Source: Coxiellaceae bacterium UBA6002 (GTDB taxonomy: Bacteria; Pseudomonadota; Gammaproteobacteria; UBA6002). Taken from it: a stretch of DNA of 64,000 nt. The notes under the pieces are model-generated. The model saw nothing but the letters and a program-made list of their open reading frames with translations. It had not been told where the DNA came from and made no database searches. The DNA is taken from contig DJAM01000060.1 of the NCBI GenBank assembly GCA_002429595.1, forward strand, positions 1,636-65,635. Direction: 5' to 3'. Positions within the stretch are counted from its first letter, which is position 1, and each line of letters begins with the position of its first letter. The position numbers were made by a program, and so were the translations under genes. Below are positions 19,410 through 29,498 of the stretch, in pieces.

Positions 19410-19661
19410 ATGATTTTCCTTTTGGATATCGCTGTTGCTTCGTTACTGATTGCGTTTGGCTTTGGTATTGCTTTAGTCGTTTGGGCCAATAGAAATCAGG
19501 GTGTGGGTATAGGGCTGACTAAAGTAGGTGGTTATATCATTATGCTTTCTGCCATATTAGGACTTTTATGCAGTCTTTATTATGGATTTAAATATTGGGG
19601 TGAGGATCTTTATAAGGTCCCTGGTATGCCTGTACCCCAGGTCCTGATGCATAATAAATAA
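19410..19661 (+). CDS. Two-TM miniprotein, family copy A
   Basis: GAGGAG RBS before ATG 19410. Paralogous to 21141-21395: LIAFGFGIALVVWANRNQG...LLCSLYYGFKYW versus LIAFSSGISLLIWGLRNEG...MLCSTYYVIKYW. Confidence 0.6.
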   Translation: MIFLLDIAVASLLIAFGFGIALVVWANRNQGVGIGLTKVGGYIIMLSAILGLLCSLYYGFKYWGEDLYKVPGMPVPQVLMHNK

Positions 19662-19722
19662 CTAACCTATGGAAAAAGCTTTGTGATGATATTACCGGTA
19701 TTAAAAAAGAGATAAGAGATTT

Positions 19723-20157
19723 ATGACTTATAAAAATATCTTGTTTGCTGTAGATTTGCATCCTGCTTGCCAGGATATTACAACAAAAACTGCAGTTCAA
19801 GTTGCGAAAAAAACCAATGCCAAACTGTATGTCATTCACGCAATTGAACCACTCCATGCCTATAGTGTGGCAGAAGCTTATCCTATGATTGAAGAAATTG
19901 AAGAGAAAATAGAAAACGAAGTGAGAGGAACCTTACGTAAATTAGGCGAGAAATATGGTATTTCACCTTCTGAGCAATTGATTGAAACAGGCCCGCCGGT
20001 AGCGGTTATTTTAGAGAAAGCAAAAAAACTCAATGTGGATCTTATCATCGTAGGTAGCCATGGTCGTCATGGCATTCGTTTATTACTAGGTTCAACGGCA
20101 AATGCTGTTATCCATTTGGCGCAATGTGATGTTTTAGCTGTACGCGTGAAAGAGTAA
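19723..20157 (+). CDS. Universal stress protein (UspA family)
   Basis: 144 aa with ILFAVDL, DLIIVGSHGRHG and LLGSTANAVIHLAQCDVLAV motifs. Confidence 0.85.
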   Translation: MTYKNILFAVDLHPACQDITTKTAVQVAKKTNAKLYVIHAIEPLHAYSVAEAYPMIEEIEEKIENEVRGTLRKLGEKYGISPSEQLIETGPPVAVILEKAKKLNVDLIIVGSHGRHGIRLLLGSTANAVIHLAQCDVLAVRVKE

Positions 20158-20199
20158 GAGCAAAAAACCCATTTGATAATATGCTATATTACTAGCATT

Positions 20200-20478
20200 A
20201 TGGAAAGCAAACAGGACCAACATTCTCATTCGAATAACCAAGGAAAGTCCTGGTCATCTTCTTTGCGTAATCTTATCCTCCTTGCCATTTTTATTATTAT
20301 CGGCTACTACCTCATTACTGAGCACAGGGCGCATGTTGCAGGCTTTTTTGCTGTATTTCCCTGGTGGATACTCTTGTTCTTGTTATGTCCACTGATGCAT
20401 TTTTTTCATGGCGGACATGGGCAACATGGAAAACATGACGAAAAAAAAGATGAAAAATCTCCTGAGGAAGAGGATTAA
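20200..20478 (+). CDS. DUF2933-family small membrane protein with a His/acidic tail
   Basis: EHRAHVAGFF...LLCPLMHFFHGGHGQHGKH matches my recollection of DUF2933. ATG 20200 preferred over TTG 20173. Confidence 0.6.
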   Translation: MESKQDQHSHSNNQGKSWSSSLRNLILLAIFIIIGYYLITEHRAHVAGFFAVFPWWILLFLLCPLMHFFHGGHGQHGKHDEKKDEKSPEEED

Positions 20479-20481
20479 GCT

Positions 20482-21144
20482 ATGGAACATTCTAATGCCT
20501 ATGGTCTTTGGCTTTTGGTGATTATCAATTCTGCCATATTTATTCTGTTTGCTTATAGCTTTACCAAATTCAAGACCAAACGAGATTGGCGCAGCTTCGG
20601 TGCATTTTCGGCTTTTGTGGTTGCCTATTTTACAGAGATGTATGGTTTTCCTCTGACTATCTTCTTATTTTCAGGCTGGCTTTCAAAACATTATCCCGGT
20701 ATTAATCTCTATGGCCATGATACGGGCCATTTACTGCATACGCTTTTTGGCATGAAAGGCAATCCGCATTTCGATGTATTTCATATTCTCAGTAACATAC
20801 TAATATTTGGCGGTCTTTACATTGTTTATTCTGCTTGGAGCACGCTTTATCAAGCGCAAAAGAACAATCAATTAGCAACAACGGGACTTTATGCCAAGGT
20901 GCGCCATCCGCAATACGATGGTTTTATATTGGTCATGGTCGGCTTTTTATTGCAATGGCCAACCCTCATCACGTTGATTATGTTTCCAATATTAGTTTAT
21001 GTCTATGTTCGTCTTGCTCATCAAGAAGAAAAAGAGACCTTGGCAGAGTTTGGTGATGCGTATAAACGTTATGCTGAAGTGACCCCAGCATTTTTGCCTC
21101 ATTTTTTTCATAAACAACGAAATAGGAAAGGAGATGTATCATGA
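20482..21144 (+). CDS. Membrane methyltransferase of the ICMT/PEMT family (CzcN/NccN-like)
   Basis: LATTGLYAKVRHPQYDGFILVMVGFLL...HQEEKETLAEFGDAYKRYAEVTPAF is the typical ICMT-family C-terminal core. Starts 3 nt after the DUF2933 gene. Confidence 0.75.
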   Translation: MEHSNAYGLWLLVIINSAIFILFAYSFTKFKTKRDWRSFGAFSAFVVAYFTEMYGFPLTIFLFSGWLSKHYPGINLYGHDTGHLLHTLFGMKGNPHFDVFHILSNILIFGGLYIVYSAWSTLYQAQKNNQLATTGLYAKVRHPQYDGFILVMVGFLLQWPTLITLIMFPILVYVYVRLAHQEEKETLAEFGDAYKRYAEVTPAFLPHFFHKQRNRKGDVS

Positions 21145-21395
21145 TGTTTATTTTCCATGTAGCTATAACAGTAGGATTAATTGCATTTTCGTCCGGTATT
21201 AGCTTGCTGATCTGGGGGCTGCGTAATGAAGGGGCCGCTATTCAATTAGCAAAAGTGGTAGGGTCGCTGGTTGCGATTTTAGCAGTGATCAGTATGCTAT
21301 GTAGTACTTATTATGTGATCAAATATTGGCATGAAGGTTACTTTCAAACACCCACGGCGACTATCAAGCAACTTCCAAACGAAAGTCGCGGATGA
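21141..21395 (+). CDS. Two-TM miniprotein, family copy B
   Basis: ATGA overlap with the ICMT-like gene. Paralogue of 19410-19661. Confidence 0.6.
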   Translation: MMFIFHVAITVGLIAFSSGISLLIWGLRNEGAAIQLAKVVGSLVAILAVISMLCSTYYVIKYWHEGYFQTPTATIKQLPNESRG

Positions 21396-21430
21396 TGAAG
21401 AAATATCCTAAGTAAAAATAAGCTACCAAC

Positions 21431-23128
21431 GTGCGGGGACTAAAAAGCAAAATCAGCAACCTAAATCGCCTGCGCAAAATTCTTGCCGTTATTGTTGAAG
21501 CAGGCGGTGGGATTTTAGTTAAAAAAATACGTCTTAAGTATTTAGTCCCCTGGTCATGTCGGATTCATTGTTTTTTTCATCCTCGCGATCCAAAAAACTG
21601 TCTCATTCAAATGAGAAAAAAAGAAAAGGTGATTTCTTCAGAAGTTCTTCGTCAAGTATTGGAGAAGTTGGGGCCAACCTTTGTCAAATTGGGTCAAGTT
21701 TTAAGCCTTCGCGCTGATCTGGTGGGAGAAGAGATTTCAGAAGAACTTTCAAAACTACAAAGTGATGTGACGCCTTTTTCGTGGACAGAAGCGCATGACA
21801 TTCTTACTGTAGAGCTACGGCAAGAGCCAGAACGTATCTTTAAAACGATTGAGAAAAAACCCGTGGCAGCGGCTTCCTTGGCTCAGGTGCATCGCGCCTA
21901 TCTGAAAGATGGCAGGGAAGTTGCTGTGAAAGTTCAACGCCCTAATATCCGACATATCATTGAACAAGATATACAGATACTTTTTTATCTTGCTCATCTT
22001 GCCGAGCGTTTCTTACCCGAGATTAAAGCTTACCAACCTATTCGAGTCATCAAAGAATTTGCTGATTGGACACTTCGAGAGCTAGATTTTAAAGCAGAAG
22101 GCTATAATGCCGAACGTTTTCGTTTTGCTTTTAAAGACAATCCTCATGTTCATATTCCGTTGATTTTTTGGGACTATACAACATCTCGAGTGCTCACCAT
22201 GGAATTTATGCACGGCGTGAAGGCAAATGACATTGTGGGGATTGAAAAGTTAGGAGTAGATCGGAAAAAACTCGCCTTGGTGGGTGTTGATGCCATCTTC
22301 GAGCAGATTTTGATTCATGGTTTTTTTCATGCGGATCCACATCCGGGCAATTTCTTTGCCTTAAAGGATAATGTGCTTTGTCTTCATGATTTTGGGATGG
22401 TTGGCTATCTGACTGAAGAACAGCGCAAAGAATTGGTGAGTTGTTTTGTGGCGTTTGTGGATAAAGATATCGATCATTTTTTTAAGCACTTCATGCACCT
22501 TGCTATTTTATCTAACCAGAGCGATATCGCCAATTTTCAAAAAGATGTGTCCAACATACTCTCTGAGTTTTTCTTTTCTCCTAATCAACCCAGTATCGCT
22601 GGATCATTTTTTCGAATTATCAATCGAGGCGCCACACACGGTATCAGTTTTCCCGCTGATCTTGCCTTATTTGGCAAAGTAGTGATCACGACAGAGGCGA
22701 TGGGTTTGAAGCTCTACCCAGGATTTAACTTGAACGAAGAATTACAGCCCTTCGTTATCAAAGCATTCAAATTTTATTTAAATCCGGAGCGCATAGCTGA
22801 AAGTATTAAGACCGACATTTTTGACTATACAGCCTTTCTCAAGACGTTGCCAGAACGCACTCAAAAACTACTATCACAAATTGAAGGTGGTGAGCTGAGT
22901 GTGCAAGTGGATTCCTCTGAGCTTCGAGAGATGATGAAAGAATTTAATCGCCAAAACGATGTTCGAATCTTAGGAGTAGTGTTGATTGCTGTCCTCATTG
23001 TTACGGGGGTTCTTTTCCACCTTGAGGGTGTGAGGACAATCCTCGGAATCACACTTGGCAAGTTGGGAGTCATTGTCTCTGTTATTCTTTTTATTTGGCT
23101 CCTTATAAAATTAAAATGGCATAAATAG
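21431..23128 (+). CDS. ABC1/UbiB-family atypical kinase with C-terminal TM helices
   Basis: VAAASLAQVHRAYLKDGREVAVKVQRP and HADPHPGNFF motifs. The hydrophobic C-terminus is typical of UbiB/AarF. Confidence 0.85.
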   Translation: MRGLKSKISNLNRLRKILAVIVEAGGGILVKKIRLKYLVPWSCRIHCFFHPRDPKNCLIQMRKKEKVISSEVLRQVLEKLGPTFVKLGQVLSLRADLVGEEISEELSKLQSDVTPFSWTEAHDILTVELRQEPERIFKTIEKKPVAAASLAQVHRAYLKDGREVAVKVQRPNIRHIIEQDIQILFYLAHLAERFLPEIKAYQPIRVIKEFADWTLRELDFKAEGYNAERFRFAFKDNPHVHIPLIFWDYTTSRVLTMEFMHGVKANDIVGIEKLGVDRKKLALVGVDAIFEQILIHGFFHADPHPGNFFALKDNVLCLHDFGMVGYLTEEQRKELVSCFVAFVDKDIDHFFKHFMHLAILSNQSDIANFQKDVSNILSEFFFSPNQPSIAGSFFRIINRGATHGISFPADLALFGKVVITTEAMGLKLYPGFNLNEELQPFVIKAFKFYLNPERIAESIKTDIFDYTAFLKTLPERTQKLLSQIEGGELSVQVDSSELREMMKEFNRQNDVRILGVVLIAVLIVTGVLFHLEGVRTILGITLGKLGVIVSVILFIWLLIKLKWHK

Positions 23129-23129
23129 T

Positions 23130-23858
23130 ATGGATAATCAGAAAATAATGAACAATATAATTTGTCATATCACCAAAAAATCGCTCAAGCCTGAAGAAGC
23201 CCATCGAGGTGATTTTATCAGAAAGGGAATATTTAAACTCCTTCAGAAGGATTACCCGGATTTTAATCAAGATTCTTATATTTCTTTTGAAGAACTCAAT
23301 CGCTATCGAAAGATTTATTTAGCAAGTTTAATAAAGAAGGAGTCTAGTGAATTAAATCAACTCGAAAAAGAAGTCGTAAATGCAATCACCAAAAATGTCA
23401 TTATTTCTGAAAATATTGAACTTGATATCGTTGAAAAATTAACTTTAGGTCAAAGGCTTGCTGATATTATTGCTAAATTCGGTGGCAGCTGGACTTTTAT
23501 AGTCATTTTCTTTTCGTTTGTCATTTCCTGGGTAGCAATCAATATATGGTTATTAACCATCAAGCCCTTTGATCCTTATCCTTTCATTTTACTGAATCTC
23601 ATCTTATCTTGTATAGCGGCTATACAAGCGCCGATCATTATGATGAGTCAAAATAGACTGGAAGACAAAGATAGAAGAAGAGGGGAGCATGATTATAAAG
23701 TTAACCTCAAGGCAGAACTAGAAATTCGGTTATTGGATGAAAAACTAGATCATTTAATGATGCACCAATATAAAAGGTTGCTTGAGATACAAGAACTTCA
23801 GACGGATTACCTTGAAGACATATTGAAAAAAATTGAAAAGAATTCGACTAATAGCTAA
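23130..23858 (+). CDS. DUF1003-family membrane protein
   Basis: FGGSWTFIVIF...FDPYPFILLNLILSCIAAIQAPIIMMSQNRLEDKDRRRGEHDYKVNLKAELEI is the DUF1003 core as I recall it. Starts 1 nt after the UbiB stop. Confidence 0.7.
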   Translation: MDNQKIMNNIICHITKKSLKPEEAHRGDFIRKGIFKLLQKDYPDFNQDSYISFEELNRYRKIYLASLIKKESSELNQLEKEVVNAITKNVIISENIELDIVEKLTLGQRLADIIAKFGGSWTFIVIFFSFVISWVAINIWLLTIKPFDPYPFILLNLILSCIAAIQAPIIMMSQNRLEDKDRRRGEHDYKVNLKAELEIRLLDEKLDHLMMHQYKRLLEIQELQTDYLEDILKKIEKNSTNS

Positions 23859-23953
23859 TAGCGGAAGATATTAGCTGCAATCTAAGCTTATCTTGCAAAT
23901 ACTCTATACTTATCCTGTTTCTTAATATCAACAATCCAAATAAGGAGTAAAGT

Positions 23954-24277
23954 ATGGAAAATAATCTTAACAAATGCATTAAAACTTTCGAAGAATGTAT
24001 TCGAGCATGTGAAAAATGTGCCTTTGAATGCTGTGCTCAATTGGGTAAAGACTATGCAGATTGCTTAAAAGCCTGTGTGACCTGTTCACAAGTTTGCTCC
24101 CTGTGCACCCAGCTCTGTGCGCGTAATGATAAGTTAGCTAAGGATATCATGACACTTTGTGCTAAAGCGTGTGAACTTTGTGCAACAGAATGTGAAAAAC
24201 ATCCCGATGAGCTTTGCAAGGAATGTGCAAAAGCCTGTCATGAATATGCTAATGTCTGTAAAAGCTGCTGTCAATAG
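23954..24277 (+). CDS. Cys-rich four-helix-bundle protein (DUF326; cytosolic Csp3-like copper-storage candidate)
   Basis: 107 aa with 22 Cys in repeated CxxxC/CxxC spacing and no signal peptide. Confidence 0.7.
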   Translation: MENNLNKCIKTFEECIRACEKCAFECCAQLGKDYADCLKACVTCSQVCSLCTQLCARNDKLAKDIMTLCAKACELCATECEKHPDELCKECAKACHEYANVCKSCCQ

Positions 24278-24431
24278 ATTATAGGAGTTTAGAATAATAA
24301 TTATTTAATCTCCTTCGAAGTTGATTTAAGACTAGCTAATCTCGGACTAGGCTCGCGTCGACCTGTACATCTTATTTTTCACTAGATTTAGGAAATCTAT
24401 TGTTATAACCTTGAATTCATACAAGAAAGGA

Positions 24432-25281
24432 ATGCCATTGGAGGTAGGGCAGCGGGTCAAGTGATTAATGGTAACGAGCGATATGATATTTATGTTCGCT
24501 TAGCTAAACCGTATCGAGACAGTATCGAAACGATAAGCAATCTTATTTTATTATCACCCAAAGGAGCATGGGTTCGTTTAAATGATATAGCAAGCATAAA
24601 AGTAGAATCTGCACCTCCGCAAATTAGACGAGATGATGTGCAGCGTCGTGTTGTCATTCAAGCAAATGTAGAAGGCCGAGAATGGGTAGTGTGGTATCAG
24701 AATTAAAACAACGGATTGAGAAAGAGGTTAAATTGCCCACCGGTTACTCTGTTACTTATGGTGGGCAATTTGAAAATCAACAACGTACCCAAGCAAGACT
24801 AATGATTGTTGTACCGATTTCTTTAGCACTTATTTTTTTGCTGCTTTATTTTGCTTTTAATTCCGCAGGACAAGCGCTCTTAGTCATGATTAATGTGCCG
24901 CTCGCTTTAATTGGGGGAATTTTTGCCTTATTTATCTCCGGCCAATATCTTTCAGTTCCAGGTTCCATCGGTTTCATTGCTTTTTTCGGTATTGCAGTTT
25001 TGAATGGTGTCGTGTTGGTGAATGCGATTAATCAAAATAAGCAAGAAGGAATGCCAATTGATGAGGCTGTATTCATCAGAGCACTATCACGATTACGTCC
25101 TGTTTTAATGACTGCATTTATTACGGCATTGGGTTTAATTCCTATGTTATTAGCACGTGGAATTGGTGTAGAAATTCAGCGTCCTTTAGCTATTGTAGTA
25201 GTAGGTGGATTAGTTTCTTCAATAGTGCTTACCCTACTTGTCCTACCTGTACTGTATGCTCATTTTTTCAAAAATGAATAA
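24432..25281 (+). pseudogene. 3' remnant (about the last 280 codons) of an HME-RND pump gene, also frameshifted
   Basis: Aligns residue for residue with the C-terminus of the intact RND gene (57828-58690). Homology starts abruptly at 24432. A 1-nt deletion near 24681 (CGAGA-ATGGGT versus CGTGACATGGGG) splits it into ORFs 24461-24706 and 24682-25281. Confidence 0.9.
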
Positions 25282-25503
25282 AGTAGAACAAAAAATACTA
25301 TGCAAACAGAATGTTATAATTGGTAAAAAGGATTAAAAAATATTTCTTAAAAAAAAGATAATTCGCTTTGCTATCAAATTAATGGGTAAAACTGGAATTA
25401 AAATGTTAATTTTTAGCTAGAAGCTAGCTGCAGATTTCTTTCATGGCGATTTTTCTCTGAAAACAAATAACCTGAAACGAGCAACGAAATTTGAGTAAAT
25501 GAT

Positions 25504-27630
25504 ATGATAAAAACGACCTTTTATATTCCAAAAATGGATTGTCCTGAAGAAATAAATTTGATTAAAAAACGTTTGCAGTCTATGCCAGGTATTCAACAAC
25601 TCGAATTTAATCTCATCCAACGAGAAGTTATTATTATCCATTCGCTCGCTGATATCTCGAATATTCAAACAGCACTTAAATCGTTGGGGATGGATTCTCA
25701 AATTAAAGCAGATTCTGCCACTAGCCAGCATCAAACGACATTGCAAGCTTCTGTCACACGGAAAGATTGGGTGGTGATGGCTACTTCTGGTATTTTAGCA
25801 CTGACAGCGGAAATCATTGGATTCATCACTCATACAGAAACTTCTTTACTCGTTATCATTCTTGCAATCGCTTCGATGTTAATAGGAGGGCGCCAAACTT
25901 TTCTCAAAGGATTAAGAGCAATACGCTACTTCAATCTCAATATGAATTTTTTAATGAGCATCGCTATTATCGGTGCTGTGGCGGTTGGTGAGTGGCCAGA
26001 AGCAGCGGTAGTCACTTTTCTTTTTTCTTTGGCGGAACTTATTGAAGTGTACTCATTAGACAAAGCACGTCAAGCCATTCGAAGCCTTATGGAAATTGTC
26101 CCTGATACAGCGATCGTACAAGAGGCAGGCGGTTGGCATATTAAATCAGTTTCAGACATTGCTGTGGATTCTATCGTCTGGGTAAAACCGGGTGAACGTA
26201 TCCCGCTTGATGGCGTGATTACCAGAGGACAATCGAGCGTCAATCAAGCACCGATAACGGGTGAATCTATGCCTGTTAAAAAAAATAAAGGAGATAGTGT
26301 ATTTGCGGGTACGTTAAATGAAAAAGGATCATTCGAATTCAGAGTCACCGTCAATCCGGGCAATACCTTACTTGCCAAAATTATCCGCATCGTTCAACAA
26401 GCACAATCAGAACGTGCTCCTACTCAGCGATTTGTAGACCAATTTGCAAAATATTACACGCCGAGTATGGTTATCATGGCTTTATTAATTGCGGCTGTAC
26501 CGCCGCTTTTTCTAGGTGCTGCTTTTTTACCTTGGTTCTATAAAGCACTTGTATTGTTGGTTATTGCTTGTCCATGTGCATTGGTAATTTCAACGCCTGT
26601 TACTATTGTTAGTGGCCTCACCGCGGCAGCAAGGCAGGGTATTCTTATTAAAGGCGGTGTTTATTTAGAAGCAGGACACAAACTTAAAGTAGTGGCATTT
26701 GATAAAACAGGGACACTTACTTATGGGAAGCCTCTTGTAACAGATGTAGTACCATTATTCGATCTCACAGAAAAGCAAGTATTGCAAATAGCCGCCAGTT
26801 TGGATATTCATTCAGAACACCCTATTGCTGAAGCAATTGTGATGAGATGGCAAAAAGAGAATTCTGAAAACTCATTATTAACTGTAGAAAACTTTGAAGC
26901 TATACCGGGTAGAGGTGTGATAGGAATTATTCAAGAGAAATTTTATTTCCTAGGAAATCATCGCTTTGCTGAAGAGAAGCGAGCATGTGATACACAAATA
27001 GAGGATGTGTTAAAACGTTTTGAACGAGAGGGCAAAACAACAATTGTATTAGGAACTGATCATCAATCCCTGGCAATCATTGCAGTGGCTGACACACTTC
27101 GTGTGACGGCATTATCTGCTATTCAGTCGCTACATCAATTGGGGCTTACCAGCGCAATGATTACAGGTGACAACCCGGTGACAGCTCAAGCCATCGCAAA
27201 ACAAGTGGATATTGATGATGTGCGTGCCAATCTATTACCCGAAGATAAACTTAAAGCCATCGATGCACTACTTAAAAGATATGGTGTAGTTGGTATGGTG
27301 GGAGACGGTATTAATGATGCCCCCGCATTGGCTAAAGCTTCTATTGGTTTTGCAATGGGTCATGCAGGAACAGATGTAGCATTGGAGACGGCTCATGTCG
27401 CACTTATGGAAGACGATCTCAATAAACTATCACTTTTTATTACCTTAAGCCGTAAAACTTGGCATAAATTAATTGAAAATATAGCATTGTCAATAGGAAT
27501 TAAAGCGGTATTTTTTATTCTCGCATTGTTTGGATTAGCAACACTATGGATGGCTGTATTTGCTGATATGGGTGCAAGTTTGATTGTTGTACTAAATGGT
27601 TTGAGGTTGTTACAATTTGCAAAACACTAA
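25504..27630 (+). CDS. P1B-2 type (Zn/Cd/Pb) heavy-metal-translocating ATPase
   Basis: HMA-like N-terminus PKMDCPEE, CPC in TM6, DKTGTLT, GDGINDAPAL, NIALSIGIK (Nx7K) and DMGASLIVVLN (DxGx7N), which is the P1B-2 signature. Confidence 0.9.
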   Translation: MIKTTFYIPKMDCPEEINLIKKRLQSMPGIQQLEFNLIQREVIIIHSLADISNIQTALKSLGMDSQIKADSATSQHQTTLQASVTRKDWVVMATSGILALTAEIIGFITHTETSLLVIILAIASMLIGGRQTFLKGLRAIRYFNLNMNFLMSIAIIGAVAVGEWPEAAVVTFLFSLAELIEVYSLDKARQAIRSLMEIVPDTAIVQEAGGWHIKSVSDIAVDSIVWVKPGERIPLDGVITRGQSSVNQAPITGESMPVKKNKGDSVFAGTLNEKGSFEFRVTVNPGNTLLAKIIRIVQQAQSERAPTQRFVDQFAKYYTPSMVIMALLIAAVPPLFLGAAFLPWFYKALVLLVIACPCALVISTPVTIVSGLTAAARQGILIKGGVYLEAGHKLKVVAFDKTGTLTYGKPLVTDVVPLFDLTEKQVLQIAASLDIHSEHPIAEAIVMRWQKENSENSLLTVENFEAIPGRGVIGIIQEKFYFLGNHRFAEEKRACDTQIEDVLKRFEREGKTTIVLGTDHQSLAIIAVADTLRVTALSAIQSLHQLGLTSAMITGDNPVTAQAIAKQVDIDDVRANLLPEDKLKAIDALLKRYGVVGMVGDGINDAPALAKASIGFAMGHAGTDVALETAHVALMEDDLNKLSLFITLSRKTWHKLIENIALSIGIKAVFFILALFGLATLWMAVFADMGASLIVVLNGLRLLQFAKH

Positions 27631-27823
27631 ATGAATAATGAAAGTGTTGATTAGAAGAACAGGACGCATATTTTCTCCATGTCTAAGGTGGAAATATGAT
27701 AATTTGCTATGATAACAGGATGATTTTGCTGCTTGATCGTCAACAAGGAAATATTAAATCATTGTCGTGGGTTGGAAAATTGAAGAATATTTTCAAATAA
27801 CCAAACATGATTTAAAAAAACAC

Positions 27824-28960
27824 TTACTCATGCAGAACTTCAATTTTATCCGTTTTTTCCCAAGTAAATTCGCTTCTGCCAAAATGACCATAAGCTGCCG
27901 TCGCTAAATAAATAGGTCTTAACAAATTCAGCGTATGAATAATACCATAAGGTCTTAAATCGAAATTTTCATGAATCAATTCCATTATTTCTGATTCTTT
28001 GACTTTGCCAGTACCAAACGTATCCACTCGAATAGAAATGGGTTCTGCAATCCCAATAGCATAGGAAATTTGTATCTCACATCGAGATGCCAAGCCTGCT
28101 GCCACAATGTTTTTTGCGATATAACGCGCGGCATAAGCGCCAGAGCGATCTACTTTTGAAGGATCTTTTCCGGAAAAAGACCCGCCGCCATGGCGGGCCA
28201 TGCTGCCGTAGGAATCCACGGCGGTCTTTTTCCCCGTTAAGCCACAATCACCTTGAGGGCCACCAATGACAAATCGACCGGTAGGATTAATATAGTAACG
28301 TGTGTTTTTATCCAACCATTCGAGAGGTAAAATAGGCTTGATAATTTCTTCATGAACGGCTTCAACTAAATTTTTATAATTGATTTCAGGACTGTGCTGA
28401 GTTGACAATACAATGGCGTCTACTCCGATGGGTTTACCATCATGATACCGTAGTGTGATTTGGCTTTTAGCATCAGGGCGTAGCCATGGTAATTTACCAC
28501 TTTTACGCACTTTCGCATGGCGTTTCATAAGGCGGTGAGCATATACAATGGGTGCTGGCATTAAAACGTCTGTCTCAGTACATGCATAGCCAAATACCAT
28601 GCCTTGATCACCTGCACCTTGTGCTTCAGGTAAGGAACGATTGACTCCTTGAGCGATGTCGGGTGATTGCTTGCCAATAACTGAAACCACGGTACAAGAA
28701 TTTCCGCCAAAACCCAGTGCGGGATTGTCATAGCCTATGGTATTAACACATTCACGAACAATGTGTTCGATATCCACTGCAGCATTGGAGCTAATTTCTC
28801 CGGTTATTAGCACCATGCTAGTTTTAACCACAACTTGACAAGCAACGCGGCAATGAGGATCTTGGGCGATATTGGCATCTAAGATAGCATCAGCAATTTG
28901 ATCGGCTATTTTATCAGGGTGTCCTTCTGAGACCGATTCTGACGTGAATAATTGCTCCAT
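27824..28960 (-). CDS. metK: S-adenosylmethionine synthetase (accessory copy on the island)
   Basis: [34 protein letters not shown] and GGGSFSGKD motifs. ATG 28960 with a GAGGA RBS is preferred over TTG 28987. Confidence 0.9.
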   Translation of the reverse strand: MEQLFTSESVSEGHPDKIADQIADAILDANIAQDPHCRVACQVVVKTSMVLITGEISSNAAVDIEHIVRECVNTIGYDNPALGFGGNSCTVVSVIGKQSPDIAQGVNRSLPEAQGAGDQGMVFGYACTETDVLMPAPIVYAHRLMKRHAKVRKSGKLPWLRPDAKSQITLRYHDGKPIGVDAIVLSTQHSPEINYKNLVEAVHEEIIKPILPLEWLDKNTRYYINPTGRFVIGGPQGDCGLTGKKTAVDSYGSMARHGGGSFSGKDPSKVDRSGAYAARYIAKNIVAAGLASRCEIQISYAIGIAEPISIRVDTFGTGKVKESEIMELIHENFDLRPYGIIHTLNLLRPIYLATAAYGHFGRSEFTWEKTDKIEVLHE

Positions 28961-28971
28961 TAATTCCTCAT

Positions 28972-29466
28972 TTATAAATCGAGCCAATATTTTGGAAAAT
29001 GTTCTTTTGTAAATTCCGCCTTAATCATCTTTTGCTGTGTGCCGATACGACGAATTTGTATGGTAATACGGTATAGATTTTGGCTATCAATTTTAAAGTA
29101 ATTACCAAAGGTAATGGTGTTAGCAATTTTCATGGGTTCGAGCGTTTTGGTTTCGCTGGTCAAACCAATTTCTTCGACTGTGGCGGTGACCTCAGCATCT
29201 GTGATGCGCTGATTTGTTGCATTATCAAATAAGGCGACAATTAGATGGTAACGATGCGTTTGACTTGGAATCCCACCGTGCATCTTGCTTTCAGGATGTT
29301 CCTTAGCATGTCCAAGAATCATCTGGGTAGGAAGGGCACCCAAGTAAATGGCTACGCCATCAACGATTTTGTAGGGCTCAATTTCGGCGGCAAACGATGT
29401 CTTCATGGATAAACTAATTGCCACTAACATGCATAACCAGACTGTCTTTTTAATATAAGTAGCCAT
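28972..29466 (-). CDS. Exported ~140-aa mature protein, possibly a P19/FTP-like periplasmic metal-binding beta-sandwich
   Basis: Signal peptide ending TSFA-AE. His-rich loop [14 protein letters not shown]. The alternating beta pattern [24 protein letters not shown]...LEPM...FGNYF resembles the Fe/Cu-binding P19 family. The family assignment is tentative. Confidence 0.35.
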   Translation of the reverse strand: MATYIKKTVWLCMLVAISLSMKTSFAAEIEPYKIVDGVAIYLGALPTQMILGHAKEHPESKMHGGIPSQTHRYHLIVALFDNATNQRITDAEVTATVEEIGLTSETKTLEPMKIANTITFGNYFKIDSQNLYRITIQIRRIGTQQKMIKAEFTKEHFPKYWLDL

Positions 29467-29498
29467 TTGCTTTTCCTCCAGATCAATGCCATCGAATT

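Larger units (their letters stand above)
24432..27630 (+). repeat. Diverged duplicate module, copy 1 (RND 3' end + Zn/Cd ATPase)
   Basis: Collinear with 57828-61387. Roughly 80% nucleotide identity in the RND part by eye (not computed). The ATPases are clearly paralogous. Confidence 0.85.

Noticed and set aside
24380-24410. GTTATAAC core in GGAAATCTATTGTTATAACCTTGAATTC, resembling half of a Zur box upstream of the RND remnant.
   Set aside because: Only the 8-bp core is palindromic and the flanks are not symmetric. It also sits in front of a dead gene.
25282-25503. Looked for MerR-type (ZntR/CadR/CueR) long-spacer dyad promoters upstream of the three intact metal ATPases (25282-25503, 32331-32486, 58691-59233).
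   Set aside because: No convincing dyad was seen by eye, and no MerR-family gene is present in the window. Regulation may be encoded elsewhere.
27676-27800. 35-codon ORF (MIICYDNRMILLLDRQQGNIKSLSWVGKLKNIFK) in the spacer between the first ATPase and metK.
   Set aside because: No RBS and no recognisable family. Too short to support.
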